From the NCBI GenBank assembly GCA_902511005.1, contig CABXDN010000002.1:4403-68402 (forward strand): a DNA stretch of 64,000 bases. The letters run 5' to 3'. The DNA is from an uncultured Candidatus Poseidoniales archaeon. Lineage in GTDB: Archaea; Thermoplasmatota; Poseidoniia; Poseidoniales; Thalassarchaeaceae. The notes beneath the pieces were generated by a model. It was not told the DNA's origin. It saw nothing but the letters and a program-made list of their open reading frames with translations, and searched no databases. Shown here piece after piece: positions 1 to 9,052 of this stretch (its first letter is position 1; every line of letters starts with the position of its first letter). The position numbers were made by a program, and so were the translations under genes.

Positions 1-122
1 GATGACTTACATTCATTTTTATCCATCTGCCAGACACCTAAACCGAATCTTGGCATTACTATTTCAAAAAGTTTCGAACCATCTTCAGCATCGGTATGAC
101 CTATCGTCACACTATCCACCAT
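1..122 (-). CDS. aldo/keto reductase family protein, N-terminal fragment (gene runs off the left edge)
   Basis: Own translation of the minus strand from the ATG at 122..120 gives MVDSVTIGHTDAEDGSKLFEIVMPRFGLGVWQMDKNECKS. The MPxxGLGxWQ stretch is a typical AKR N-terminus. Not in the supplied ORF track because it is truncated. Confidence 0.4.
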   Translation of the reverse strand, partial: MVDSVTIGHTDAEDGSKLFEIVMPRFGLGVWQMDKNECKS

Positions 123-195
123 GATAATCGGTTCACGTACTGAACTTGAGTCATTCGACGTGCTGGTTTGAAATCATTAACCTTCTCGAGAGTGC

Positions 196-1737
196 ATGGG
201 CGAGTTACCGGAAGGCGTGGAATTACCACTGGCTAGTGTAGCAATACCAAGACCCTCTGCATCTCTAATTATTAGTAGAAATAATTCTGGAAAGGAAGAA
301 ATATTATTGTGCCATCGTGTATCAGAAGTTCCTGCTTTCCCTGATTTCTGGGCATTTCCTGGAGGAGGAGTTAGTAGAGTTGATAGACAAGTAGCAGAGG
401 AAAATCCTGATTGGTTATCTCATACTGAAGACCCAGTTTCGACTATTACTTTACTAAGAGAATTAGTTGAAGAAGTTGGTTTCGCACCTGATGGTGAGGG
501 GTCACTAGAATTAGTAGATGAAAACATACAAAATAGTGTTTGTGAAGATAAAAATGCATGGAGTAGTTTCGTTAAACAAAATTTACTCAAAATTGAAAAT
601 TTTAACTCGCAAATCGTTGCTGAACGTACTATGCCTCCTTTGGCTCCTGTTCGATTCACAAATACTTTTCATCATTTATCTATAGGTGACTCTAAGATTG
701 AGCCACGATTTCCCGAGGGATTATCTGAATTTGATGAATATAGATGGTGGCAACCTAAAGAATTACTAGATTTTTGGTTAAAAAATCAAGTAAGATTACC
801 CCCCCCACAAGTTACTCTAACAAGAGACATTGTTCAAGCAATTAATGAACGAGGAGATTTAATCTCAGCATTTGAAAAGTTACATGAGAATCCATCAAAA
901 GGGTACCATATCTTAGAATTTGCACCAGGAGTTGAATGTTTACCCTTACCAACTCAAACATTACCTCCTGCAACACACACTAATTGTTACGTTTTAGGAG
1001 TCTCTGGAGGAGAGAGAATAATTGTAGATCCTGCTGCAAAAAGTAAAGAGGCACTAGATATATTGAGGAATAAGGTCAGAGAAATTGAAAGTACAGGAAG
1101 TAAAATTGTTGCAACAATATTTACTCATAAACATCCTGACCATATTGGAGACTTGGAGAACATATCAGAGATATATCAAGCACCCATATGGACGAGTAAA
1201 GAGACATTAGAAATAATTCCTAAAAGTGAATCGGATAAAATCCTGAAAGAAGGAGATGATTTCAAATTAATCGGAAAGGGGGGGTCGATATCTTGGAGCA
1301 TAATAGAGACTCATGGGCATTGCCCAGGGCATATCTGTTTGGTAGGAGATGCAGGTATTATTAGCGGAGATAATGTGACTGTAATTGGGACTATTCTAGT
1401 ACCATCAAGTGATGGAGATATGAATCAATACTTAGAAGGATTAGAAAGAATCAAAAATCTGAATCCTCCATTATTATTCCCAGGACATGGTCCGTTCTCA
1501 GCGAACCCTCAGAGATTACTAAACAGATATATTACTCACAGAAATGAAAGGCATATGTTAGTGTATAATGCTGTGAAAAATAATTATAAAGAGCTAGAAT
1601 CGATTGCTAAAAAATCGTATGAAGATACTCCTGATGCACACCCGGCCTTACTAATCGATCAAACATTATCACACCTTAAAGGGCATATTAAATCAGAGAA
1701 TATTAGAGAAGAAGGTGGGCGATATTACATAAATTGA
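196..1737 (+). CDS. Nudix hydrolase domain fused to an MBL-fold metallo-hydrolase domain
   Basis: The N-terminal third has a Nudix-box-like PGGGVSRVD...LLRELVEEVGF. The C-terminal half has MBL motifs THKHPDHIGD (HxHxDH) and ETHGHCPGHI, plus GHG near the end. Confidence 0.75.
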   Translation: MGELPEGVELPLASVAIPRPSASLIISRNNSGKEEILLCHRVSEVPAFPDFWAFPGGGVSRVDRQVAEENPDWLSHTEDPVSTITLLRELVEEVGFAPDGEGSLELVDENIQNSVCEDKNAWSSFVKQNLLKIENFNSQIVAERTMPPLAPVRFTNTFHHLSIGDSKIEPRFPEGLSEFDEYRWWQPKELLDFWLKNQVRLPPPQVTLTRDIVQAINERGDLISAFEKLHENPSKGYHILEFAPGVECLPLPTQTLPPATHTNCYVLGVSGGERIIVDPAAKSKEALDILRNKVREIESTGSKIVATIFTHKHPDHIGDLENISEIYQAPIWTSKETLEIIPKSESDKILKEGDDFKLIGKGGSISWSIIETHGHCPGHICLVGDAGIISGDNVTVIGTILVPSSDGDMNQYLEGLERIKNLNPPLLFPGHGPFSANPQRLLNRYITHRNERHMLVYNAVKNNYKELESIAKKSYEDTPDAHPALLIDQTLSHLKGHIKSENIREEGGRYYIN

Positions 1738-1814
1738 CGATATAGGGTTAAAATTTAGGTCAATATTGAATAAGTAAGCATTACTAGAAGGGGTATAAAA
1801 TAGGAGATTTTACA

Positions 1815-2882
1815 ATGCCAGACGATAGATGGTGGGACAATGGAAAATCAGAAAAGGAAGAGCTTGGTTCTAAAGAAGAAGTAGAAGAAATGATGAACCA
1901 TACTGAAATGATGAACATCAAAAGAGAAGAAGAAATAGCGCAAGCACAGCATGAATTCAATATGAATAAGATAAATCAAGAAATACTTGAAACAAAAGCT
2001 GGAAACCCTACTCCTGCAACGATAAATCAAGGCGCTGTGATGAATCAAACAGAGAAAGAAGGTCCATTTAGTTGGATGACAGATGATCCAGGATATCTTT
2101 TTCTAGCAATTATTGTTTCTTTGGGACTTGTAGGGTCAATTGTTGCTTCAATATTGATACAAGATGTAGATGAAATTTGGGGGACGGCTGATGGTACCGT
2201 CTTAGAAGGTACTGAATGGTGGGAGTCGGAGCCTCTTGAGGAAGAAGATTGTCTATACGATGAGTACAACGATGAATACTACGACTGCATATACTATTAC
2301 ACATATGATTGTGGAGCAGATGTCGTCTATAATTACTCCATATTAGGAACGGAATATATCGGAGAAGAATTTGATTGGTTCCTAGGAAGTTTTGATGATT
2401 ATTGTTTAGAAATTGTTAAGAACGAAATATTGCCATTGGGTCACCCGGTCAAAGTTTGGTACAAGCTTGATGATAATGGAATTAGTCAAATGGAACCACC
2501 CAGTGATAATGGTGCATTTTTTGCATTCTTCGGACTGTGTTGCTTACTACCTATTTTGTTAAGTTTACTGTTCTTTATGTATTTTGAAGGGAATAATGAC
2601 CAATATGAAAGTTCGGAATCTAACGGCAGTAATGAAGTTCATCATTACCACCATGGTGGAGGAATAATGGGAGGAGTGTATTATGGAAGCCCATGGTATA
2701 GGAGACCATGGTTCCATCGCCGAAGAAGTAGAAGGAGGGTACGAATTTCAAGTGGAGGAGGTCGTCGCTCAGGCGGCGGTGGTCGTAGCTCAAGTGGCGG
2801 TGGTCGTCGCTCAGGTGGCGGTGGTCGTCGCTCAGGTGGCGGTGGTCGTCGCTCAGGTGGCGGCGGAAGAAGATCTCGTTGA
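1815..2882 (+). CDS. membrane protein with a DUF3592-like inter-TM domain and a C-terminal Arg/Gly-rich (RGG-like) repeat tail
   Basis: AGGAG sits 8 nt upstream of the ATG. The order is: acidic N-terminus, TM (YLFLAIIVSLGLVGSIVASILI), Cys/Tyr/acidic domain ending GHPVKVWYKLDD, second TM (FFAFFGLCCLLPILLSLLFFMYF), His/Gly stretch, then RRRSRRR and six SGGGGRR units. Confidence 0.6.
   Translation: MPDDRWWDNGKSEKEELGSKEEVEEMMNHTEMMNIKREEEIAQAQHEFNMNKINQEILETKAGNPTPATINQGAVMNQTEKEGPFSWMTDDPGYLFLAIIVSLGLVGSIVASILIQDVDEIWGTADGTVLEGTEWWESEPLEEEDCLYDEYNDEYYDCIYYYTYDCGADVVYNYSILGTEYIGEEFDWFLGSFDDYCLEIVKNEILPLGHPVKVWYKLDDNGISQMEPPSDNGAFFAFFGLCCLLPILLSLLFFMYFEGNNDQYESSESNGSNEVHHYHHGGGIMGGVYYGSPWYRRPWFHRRRSRRRVRISSGGGRRSGGGGRSSSGGGRRSGGGGRRSGGGGRRSGGGGRRSR
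2748..2873 (+). repeat. six tandem copies of a 21-bp GC-rich unit (consensus tcaggtggcggtggtcgtcgc) encoding S-G-G-G-G-R-R
   Basis: Units were hand-aligned at 2748, 2769, 2790, 2811, 2832 and 2853. Units 4 and 5 are identical and unit 3 differs from them by 1 nt. The region is a sharp local GC spike in an AT-rich genome. Confidence 0.95.
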
Positions 2883-3760
2883 TTCCTGAATATTATGGAA
2901 GTGGAAAAATGGAAACACATTGGGAGGGAATCCCCAAACTCCCAAATTGCGAAGGTAAAGAAGACTGGATTAAAGTCTCAGAAAATGTCTCATTGAGAGT
3001 TTTTTTATGGAAACCCATAGATAAATCTCTTAGAAAGTTATCACCAATAGTCATGGTTCCAGGGTGGGGATCGGTTTTCGAAGGCTGGAGGCCTCTGATC
3101 ACAGAATGGGTTGGAAGAAGGCCAATAATATACATTGAAACAAGGGAAAAATCAAGTGCTATTTTTGAAACTAAGATGGAAATAAAAGATTTTTATATGA
3201 GCGAATTCACCAATGATATAGCAGAAATAATAAGGATTCTCGATTTAAAAAATGATTTGCACTTCTTCTCATCATCCCTAGGCTCAACAATACTAATCGA
3301 CGGTATGCAATCTGGGGCAATATATGGGAAAAGTTCAATCTTTTTAGCTCCAAATCAAAGATTTATATTCCCACTATGGGCTAAAATTTTGATTAAAATG
3401 CCCTTACCAAATTTTACATTAAAATGGCTGATTAAAGCAGCAGTATGGGGCGTAGAAAGAAAAGTGAAAGAAGATGGGCAAAAGATTCGTTATCGAAGAA
3501 CACTATTGTCTCAAAATTTCGAAAGGATACGATTTTCTGCAAGATATTTAATGAAATATACATTACCAGATAATTTATCAAATATAATTATTCCATGCGC
3601 AATAATAACCGCAGATTCAGATAAATTACATGGTGTAAAAGACATAGAGAACATTGCAGATAGGATTCCTAATTCAAAGATAATACAAGTCCCATCTAAT
3701 CAATATGCGCATGAAGCTGATTTTCTCAAAGAGATTGAAGATTTTCATGAATCTATATAA
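2879..3760 (+). CDS. alpha/beta-fold hydrolase
   Basis: VMVPGWGS near the oxyanion position, nucleophile-elbow-like FSSSLGST, and a C-terminal DxxH region (SDKLHG...YAHEADF). The start is either TTG at 2879 (4-nt overlap with the upstream gene) or ATG at 2909. Confidence 0.6.
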   Translation: MIPEYYGSGKMETHWEGIPKLPNCEGKEDWIKVSENVSLRVFLWKPIDKSLRKLSPIVMVPGWGSVFEGWRPLITEWVGRRPIIYIETREKSSAIFETKMEIKDFYMSEFTNDIAEIIRILDLKNDLHFFSSSLGSTILIDGMQSGAIYGKSSIFLAPNQRFIFPLWAKILIKMPLPNFTLKWLIKAAVWGVERKVKEDGQKIRYRRTLLSQNFERIRFSARYLMKYTLPDNLSNIIIPCAIITADSDKLHGVKDIENIADRIPNSKIIQVPSNQYAHEADFLKEIEDFHESI

Positions 3761-3790
3761 TTACAGTACATAAGCCAAAGCGATTGCCTG

Positions 3791-5965
3791 ATGAAGGATG
3801 GCTCTTACCGGATAATGAGATACATGCGTGAGCAGGCCTCATCTTTTGACGTGGCACGTATTGTGCGTGAGCTTTCAAAGATGATAGGGGCAAGAGCAAG
3901 GAAAGCGTATCAACCGCATTATGAACAGGTCGTGATACGACTGAATCCCAAAGGCTCACCGTCTTCTGATTTAGTAATAGTTAGTGGAAGGAGGTTGTAT
4001 CTTTCTCAACGAGATAGGCCTATGCCATCACAACCATCACAATTTGCAATGGTACTTAGAAAACATCTCAATAATTCGAGATTAATAGAAGTGGCACAAT
4101 TAGGATTTGATAGAATTATATCTTTAACTTTTGAGCATGGGAGTGGAAAATTAAAACTAATAATAGAACTATTCAGAGATGGTAATGTATTACTTCTGGA
4201 TAACGAAGACATAATTATTCAACCATTAACGCATGCTAATTACGCCAGTAGAACACTGAAAAGAGGCGTCAAATATGTTTCACCACCACCTGCTATAGAT
4301 CCTCGAGAAATTGATAGAGTAAAACTAGACCAACTACTCGATGGAAGTAATGATGATTTGATTAGAACATTAGCAGCAAGAGGTAATCTTGGAAGAATAT
4401 ATGGTAGCGCTATTTGTGCATCGGCAGAATTAGATGAGAAACTAAATGCTAAGGAACTCGACGATAGTCAAAGAGAAAAATTGGATAGTTCGATAAAGAT
4501 GTTACTAAATGAACTTGCCGAGAATCAAAGCAGTAGAATGTGGTTTAGCAATAATGAGACTCTTAAATTATGGAATAATTCTGTAAACACTTCGGATAAA
4601 GATAGCGCAGCAGAGGGCATTACAGAAATAGCGCCTATAGATTTAAGATATTTAGACCATGATTTGTCAATTGAAATACCATCTCTATGTCATGGCTATG
4701 ATTCTGTATTTGGCCCTCATGACGCCTCAGCATTTATACGAAGAGAAGAGGAAAAACTTGTCAGCATTGGACAGGATGAAGGAGAAAAAAAGGCAAAATT
4801 AGAGAGAAGAGCGGATCAGCAAAGAAATGCGATAGGAAGATTTCTATCACAGGCGGCTATTAGTCAAGAATTAGGTAAAGCAATGCAAGAAAATTGGACG
4901 CATCTAGAACATATAATGAAGGAATTTAATGAACAAATATCTAAACTAACATGGCAAGAAGTCGCAGAAAAATCTAGACAGGTACCTTGGATTGATAGGC
5001 TGAATCCAGAAAAAGGGACTTTTGTGGCATTTCTTCCGGATGAAGAGGGAGATCCTGGGTCAAGTGTTACTCTCCATGCCAATAAGTCAGTGCATCAAAA
5101 TGCACAAAGATATTTTCAAGAGGCAAGAACCTTGAAAGATAAATCTAAAGGTGCAGAAAAAGCACTAAAGGATACTGAAAATTCTAAATTAAGGCAAGAA
5201 AAGAAGAAAGCAAAAGATGTTGCGGCTGGAAGAGTTAAAGGACTTCAGAGAAGCAAGAAGTTTTGGTTTGAAAAATATAGGTGGGCAATTCTTGAAGGGG
5301 GACATATATTTGTTGGAGGAAGGGATGCTAGAGGAAATGATACAATAGTACGTAAACACCTCAATTCAAATGATATTTATGTTCATGCGGATTTACATGG
5401 CGCACCTTCTTGTTCACTGAAGTTAAAGGATGGATTCAGCCCATTAACAGGCATCACAAATCTACCAGAAGGAGTTATTTCATTGCAAATTACTCAGAAC
5501 TTAGGGGAAAATGTAGAAGATGCAAGAGACCTAGATGAAAAAATACTCGCTCAGGCGGCTCAAATGGCAGTTTGTTGGTCCAGAGCATGGGGTTCAGGAG
5601 GGGCTGCAGCAACTGCCTTCCATGTTAGACCTAGTCAGGTTTCCAAACAAACTGAAAGTGGAGAGTCACTTGGTAGAGGAAGTTTCGTTGTAAGGGGAAA
5701 ACGCACCTGGCACAGAGATTTACCATTAGAATTGGGAATGGGCATAGGGGTGATTAACGGAGTGCCATTACCAATTTGTGGAACTATTGAAACAATTTCA
5801 GGCATGTTCGAAAAATGGATCAAAATTACCCCAGGTAGAGAAAAGAAAGAATCTATTGCTAATAAAATAGCTAAGGCATCGGGGCTTACTCAAGATGATG
5901 TTTTAGCATCTTTACCCCCAGGTGGATGCACGATAGAAGACTATGGAATCATGAAGAAGACTTAG
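3791..5965 (+). CDS. NFACT-family protein (archaeal Rqc2/NEMF/FbpA homolog, ribosome quality control)
   Basis: NFACT-N type N-terminus (SSFDVARIVRELS...GARARKAYQP), a long coiled-coil middle, and an NFACT-R/DUF814-like FEKYRWAILEGGHIFVGGRDARGNDTIVRKHLNSNDIYVHADLHGAPSCSLK. The true start may be an internal Met at about 3824. Confidence 0.8.
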   Translation: MKDGSYRIMRYMREQASSFDVARIVRELSKMIGARARKAYQPHYEQVVIRLNPKGSPSSDLVIVSGRRLYLSQRDRPMPSQPSQFAMVLRKHLNNSRLIEVAQLGFDRIISLTFEHGSGKLKLIIELFRDGNVLLLDNEDIIIQPLTHANYASRTLKRGVKYVSPPPAIDPREIDRVKLDQLLDGSNDDLIRTLAARGNLGRIYGSAICASAELDEKLNAKELDDSQREKLDSSIKMLLNELAENQSSRMWFSNNETLKLWNNSVNTSDKDSAAEGITEIAPIDLRYLDHDLSIEIPSLCHGYDSVFGPHDASAFIRREEEKLVSIGQDEGEKKAKLERRADQQRNAIGRFLSQAAISQELGKAMQENWTHLEHIMKEFNEQISKLTWQEVAEKSRQVPWIDRLNPEKGTFVAFLPDEEGDPGSSVTLHANKSVHQNAQRYFQEARTLKDKSKGAEKALKDTENSKLRQEKKKAKDVAAGRVKGLQRSKKFWFEKYRWAILEGGHIFVGGRDARGNDTIVRKHLNSNDIYVHADLHGAPSCSLKLKDGFSPLTGITNLPEGVISLQITQNLGENVEDARDLDEKILAQAAQMAVCWSRAWGSGGAAATAFHVRPSQVSKQTESGESLGRGSFVVRGKRTWHRDLPLELGMGIGVINGVPLPICGTIETISGMFEKWIKITPGREKKESIANKIAKASGLTQDDVLASLPPGGCTIEDYGIMKKT

Positions 5966-6602
5966 AGGCAATATTCCATTCTGGAGCAGTTATTGCGTAC
6001 AATGCCGCATCAACATATGTATCATAAAGCAATTCTCTATCTTTTATTATTCCCTCAAGCCTCATACCTAATTTTTCTGCAACTTTACGACTAGCAAAAT
6101 TTTCAACCGCTGCTTCAATTACAAAACGATGAATTTGGTTATTCGAAATTAAATTATTAATCAAAGATATGCAACAACGATTTACTATTCCTTTACCAAC
6201 TTTCTCTTCAGATATCCAATACCCCAATCCACATGATTTATTATCCCAGTCAATCCAATTAATACTAATAGTGCCAACTAAATCATTATTTTCTCTTATC
6301 AACCAAACACCTGAACTTCCTTGAATACGATCTTTCTGAGAGATTTCAATGAAATCAAGTTCATCTTTGACAGACAAATTATTATCTAGCCAAGGTAACC
6401 ATTCTCTGAGATATTGTCTGTTATCATCTACTAATGAGAATAATTCTACGGCATCTTCAGAGGTCGGAACAATAATTGATAATTCATCATCAACAATAAT
6501 TATTGGAGATAATATAAACCCTAATTTATCATGGTTATTATTGAATCCTGAAAAATTAGACATATAGGCCCCTAAGGGCTTTATTATTTGAATTTCATGC
6601 AT
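5949..6602 (-). CDS. GNAT N-acetyltransferase, RimJ/RimL-like
   Basis: GLGYWISEEKVGKGIVNRCCISLINNL...HRFVIEAAVENFASRKVAEKLGMRLEGI matches the acetyl-CoA binding core of ribosomal-protein acetyltransferases. The 3' end overlaps the NFACT gene by 17 nt. Confidence 0.75.
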   Translation of the reverse strand: MHEIQIIKPLGAYMSNFSGFNNNHDKLGFILSPIIIVDDELSIIVPTSEDAVELFSLVDDNRQYLREWLPWLDNNLSVKDELDFIEISQKDRIQGSSGVWLIRENNDLVGTISINWIDWDNKSCGLGYWISEEKVGKGIVNRCCISLINNLISNNQIHRFVIEAAVENFASRKVAEKLGMRLEGIIKDRELLYDTYVDAALYAITAPEWNIASKSSS

Positions 6603-6618
6603 TAATTAGACTTTTATA

Positions 6619-7755
6619 TTGAAAAATCGGAACGGCCGAGACAGTAATGATTCAAGAGTGAAACGCTATCGGACGACCATGAGTGGCCAGAATTGGACTT
6701 ATGGAAATTATTTACAGTTAGAAGAATTACTAAGTCTTCAGGGCGATGAAAGAGGCATCTCATCTGATGAAATGCATTTTATTATTGTTCACCAAACTTT
6801 CGAATTATGGTTCAAGCAAATAATTAGAGAACTGTCTGAGGTGAGAAATCTACTCTCTCAAGAACAAGTTCCAGAGAAAGATATCCCCAAAGCAGTTGAA
6901 CACTTAGGAAGAACTACTGAAATTTTCAAGTTGATGGGGGCTCAATGGACTGTTATGGAAACCCTAACTCCACAAGGTTTCCTATCATTTCGAGATGGTT
7001 TGGGTTCGGCTTCGGGGTTTGAATCTTTTCAAATGAGGAAATTCGAGATACTTTTAGGACTAAAAAATGAAGATAGATTATTTGGCATGGATCCGATTGA
7101 TACATTCAGAAAACTAGCTGGTAATAGCGATAATGATGCTGCCATACTTTCAGATTTAGAACAAATGGCATCAAATCCATCATTAGAAGAATCATTAATG
7201 AAATGGATTTCTAGAACCCCAATAATGGGTTCTATTTATGCATCAGAGAATGATGTCGAATCTGTTCAAAACTATGTTAATTCGCATTTAGCTGCTCACA
7301 AATCAATGGGAGAATTGGCAGCAGAACGAATGTCTGGGTACGGTGTCTCAGATATAGAAAAGGCAAAAGCAAGATTTAATTCAGCGCATGAAAGTGCCAT
7401 CTCATTTCTCATGCCTGAAGGAAAACTTAGTAGGGCGAGAGCGAGTTTGTTGTTCATAGAATCATATAGAGAATTACCACTTTTAGCTTGGCCGAGAAAA
7501 CTTATAGATGCAGTTGCAGAATTAGAAGAGTCTATGGTAAAATGGAGGCATTCACATGCAAGAATGGTAGAGCGGATTATGGGTAGACGCATTGGGACAG
7601 GTGGAACCAGTGGAGTAGATTATCTAGACAAAACTTCTCAATACAGAGTTTTCAAAGACCTATGGGCTGTTCGAACAATTCTAGTGAAATCAGACTCACG
7701 ACCTGATTTGATAAATCCCAGTTTCTATGGTTTCAACTCTGATAATGTATCATAA
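6619..7755 (+). CDS. kynA: tryptophan 2,3-dioxygenase
   Basis: YGNYLQLEELLSLQ...DEMHFIIVHQTFELWFKQIIREL and WRHSHARMVERIMGRRIGTGGTSGVDYL are hallmark TDO blocks. The ORF opens at TTG 6619, but ATG 6679 (MSGQNWTYGNYL) is the more likely start. Confidence 0.9.
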   Translation: MKNRNGRDSNDSRVKRYRTTMSGQNWTYGNYLQLEELLSLQGDERGISSDEMHFIIVHQTFELWFKQIIRELSEVRNLLSQEQVPEKDIPKAVEHLGRTTEIFKLMGAQWTVMETLTPQGFLSFRDGLGSASGFESFQMRKFEILLGLKNEDRLFGMDPIDTFRKLAGNSDNDAAILSDLEQMASNPSLEESLMKWISRTPIMGSIYASENDVESVQNYVNSHLAAHKSMGELAAERMSGYGVSDIEKAKARFNSAHESAISFLMPEGKLSRARASLLFIESYRELPLLAWPRKLIDAVAELEESMVKWRHSHARMVERIMGRRIGTGGTSGVDYLDKTSQYRVFKDLWAVRTILVKSDSRPDLINPSFYGFNSDNVS

Positions 7756-7807
7756 TAACTAGTTTGCTAATAGCACTATTCAAGACCATAACCTCACTCG
7801 AAGAGTT

Positions 7808-8968
7808 ATGCCTAAAGCAGTGATATGTGCTTATGCAAGGACGCCTCAAGGTAAATTTAGAGGCGCTCTGTCGAATTATTCGGCTACAGAACTCGGTTCT
7901 AAAGTAGTAAAGAACCTTATGGAGAGAGTGAATTTAAATCCTGAAAGTGGGATAGTCGATCAAGTATATATGGGGCAGGTTTTACAAGCCGGTTCTGGAC
8001 AAGCACCTGCTAGACAAGTCGCAATAAATGCAGGTTTACCATACTCAACACCATGTACTACGATCAACAAAGTTTGTGGTTCTAGCCTGAAAGCGGTGAT
8101 GATTGCAGCTAGTGATATAATCTCGGGACATGCTAATGTAGTAATAGCTGGAGGCATGGAATCAATGAGTAATGCACCATATTTCATCCCAAATATGAAT
8201 AAAGGAGATGATATTGAATTTAAATCTCTGAAATCAATAATGACACATGATGGATTGACAGATGCCTTTGACGGAACGACAATGGGTATGACAGGAGAAA
8301 TTGTTTCTTCTGAATTTAATCTTTCTAGAGAACAATCAGATGCATATGCTGTACGTTCACATGCTTTAGCTAATGCTGCATGGGAAAATGGATGGTTAAT
8401 AAATGAAGTAATTGAAATGGAGGAGCTTAGTCGCGATCAAGGCATTAGACCTGGGACAAATATGAGTACTTTGACTAAATTAAAAGCAGTATTCAAAGAA
8501 AATGGGCAAGTGACAGCAGGTAATGCCAGTCAAGTATCGGATGGAGCATCCGCAGTTTTAGTTTGTTCAGAGGAAATGGCTAAACAAAAAGGATGGCCTA
8601 TATTAGTTGAAATCTTGGACTATACTACATCAGGAGTTGAACCAAAAAGAGTCATGGTAGCACCTATATCTGCTGTAGAAAATATTCTTCGGAAAAATAA
8701 TTTAGATATTATGGATATAGATATTGTAGAACATAATGAGGCTTTTGCAGCAGCGTCAGTAGCAGTACAAATGGCTCTTAAAATACCTGAAGATAGATTC
8801 AATGTCCATGGAGGTGCTGTTGCATTAGGGCACCCATTAGGAGCTACTGGAACACGCTGTCTAATGACCACAATTAATGCATTAGAAAGAACTAATGGGA
8901 ACAAAGGAATTGTAACTATCTGCCTCGGTGGAGGCAACGCAGTAGCCATGTTATTAGAAAGAAAATAA
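7808..8968 (+). CDS. acetyl-CoA C-acetyltransferase (thiolase II)
   Basis: Active-site Cys block INKVCGSSLKAV, plus NEAFAA, HGGAVALGHPLGATG and CLGGGNAVAMLLE. Confidence 0.9.
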   Translation: MPKAVICAYARTPQGKFRGALSNYSATELGSKVVKNLMERVNLNPESGIVDQVYMGQVLQAGSGQAPARQVAINAGLPYSTPCTTINKVCGSSLKAVMIAASDIISGHANVVIAGGMESMSNAPYFIPNMNKGDDIEFKSLKSIMTHDGLTDAFDGTTMGMTGEIVSSEFNLSREQSDAYAVRSHALANAAWENGWLINEVIEMEELSRDQGIRPGTNMSTLTKLKAVFKENGQVTAGNASQVSDGASAVLVCSEEMAKQKGWPILVEILDYTTSGVEPKRVMVAPISAVENILRKNNLDIMDIDIVEHNEAFAAASVAVQMALKIPEDRFNVHGGAVALGHPLGATGTRCLMTTINALERTNGNKGIVTICLGGGNAVAMLLERK

Positions 8969-9052
8969 TAGTGATTAAATATAATTTACGACTTTAAAGC
9001 ATCATTTAATCAGTCAATGCCCTTATGTGGGGGTCGCTGGCCGTTCTATATC

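Noticed and set aside
420-659. Many 60-115-aa ORFs antisense to or nested in long genes, for example 420..659, 7296..7592, 8620..8949, 9608..9955, 25437..25778, 29842..30195, 38548..38865 and 58584..58829.
   Set aside because: Each lies wholly inside a longer ORF with clear family motifs on the other strand or in another frame, and none shows recognisable motifs. They are treated as chance ORFs.
799-806. Other G/C homopolymers: C8 at 799..806, G7 at 1278..1284, C7 at 11068..11074, G7 at 28384..28390, C7 at 34210..34216.
   Set aside because: They are shorter and lie deep inside conserved enzyme or structural genes, where they encode Pro or Gly runs. That is not the 5'-proximal contingency-locus layout, so only the G10 tract is reported as a candidate switch.
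2748-2873. Possible CRISPR array, considered because of the regularly spaced direct repeats.
   Set aside because: The units are contiguous 21-mers with no spacers and are in frame within a CDS. No cas genes are present, and no other repeat-spacer structure was seen in the window.
2681-2920. ORFs in other frames or on the opposite strand across the RGG repeat: 2681..2920 minus (PPPPERR repeats) and 2683..2889 plus (VVVAQVA repeats).
   Set aside because: They are by-products of the 21-bp repeat staying open in several frames. The frame encoding the DUF3592-like protein is continuous with a 300-aa upstream coding region that has an SD and an ATG.
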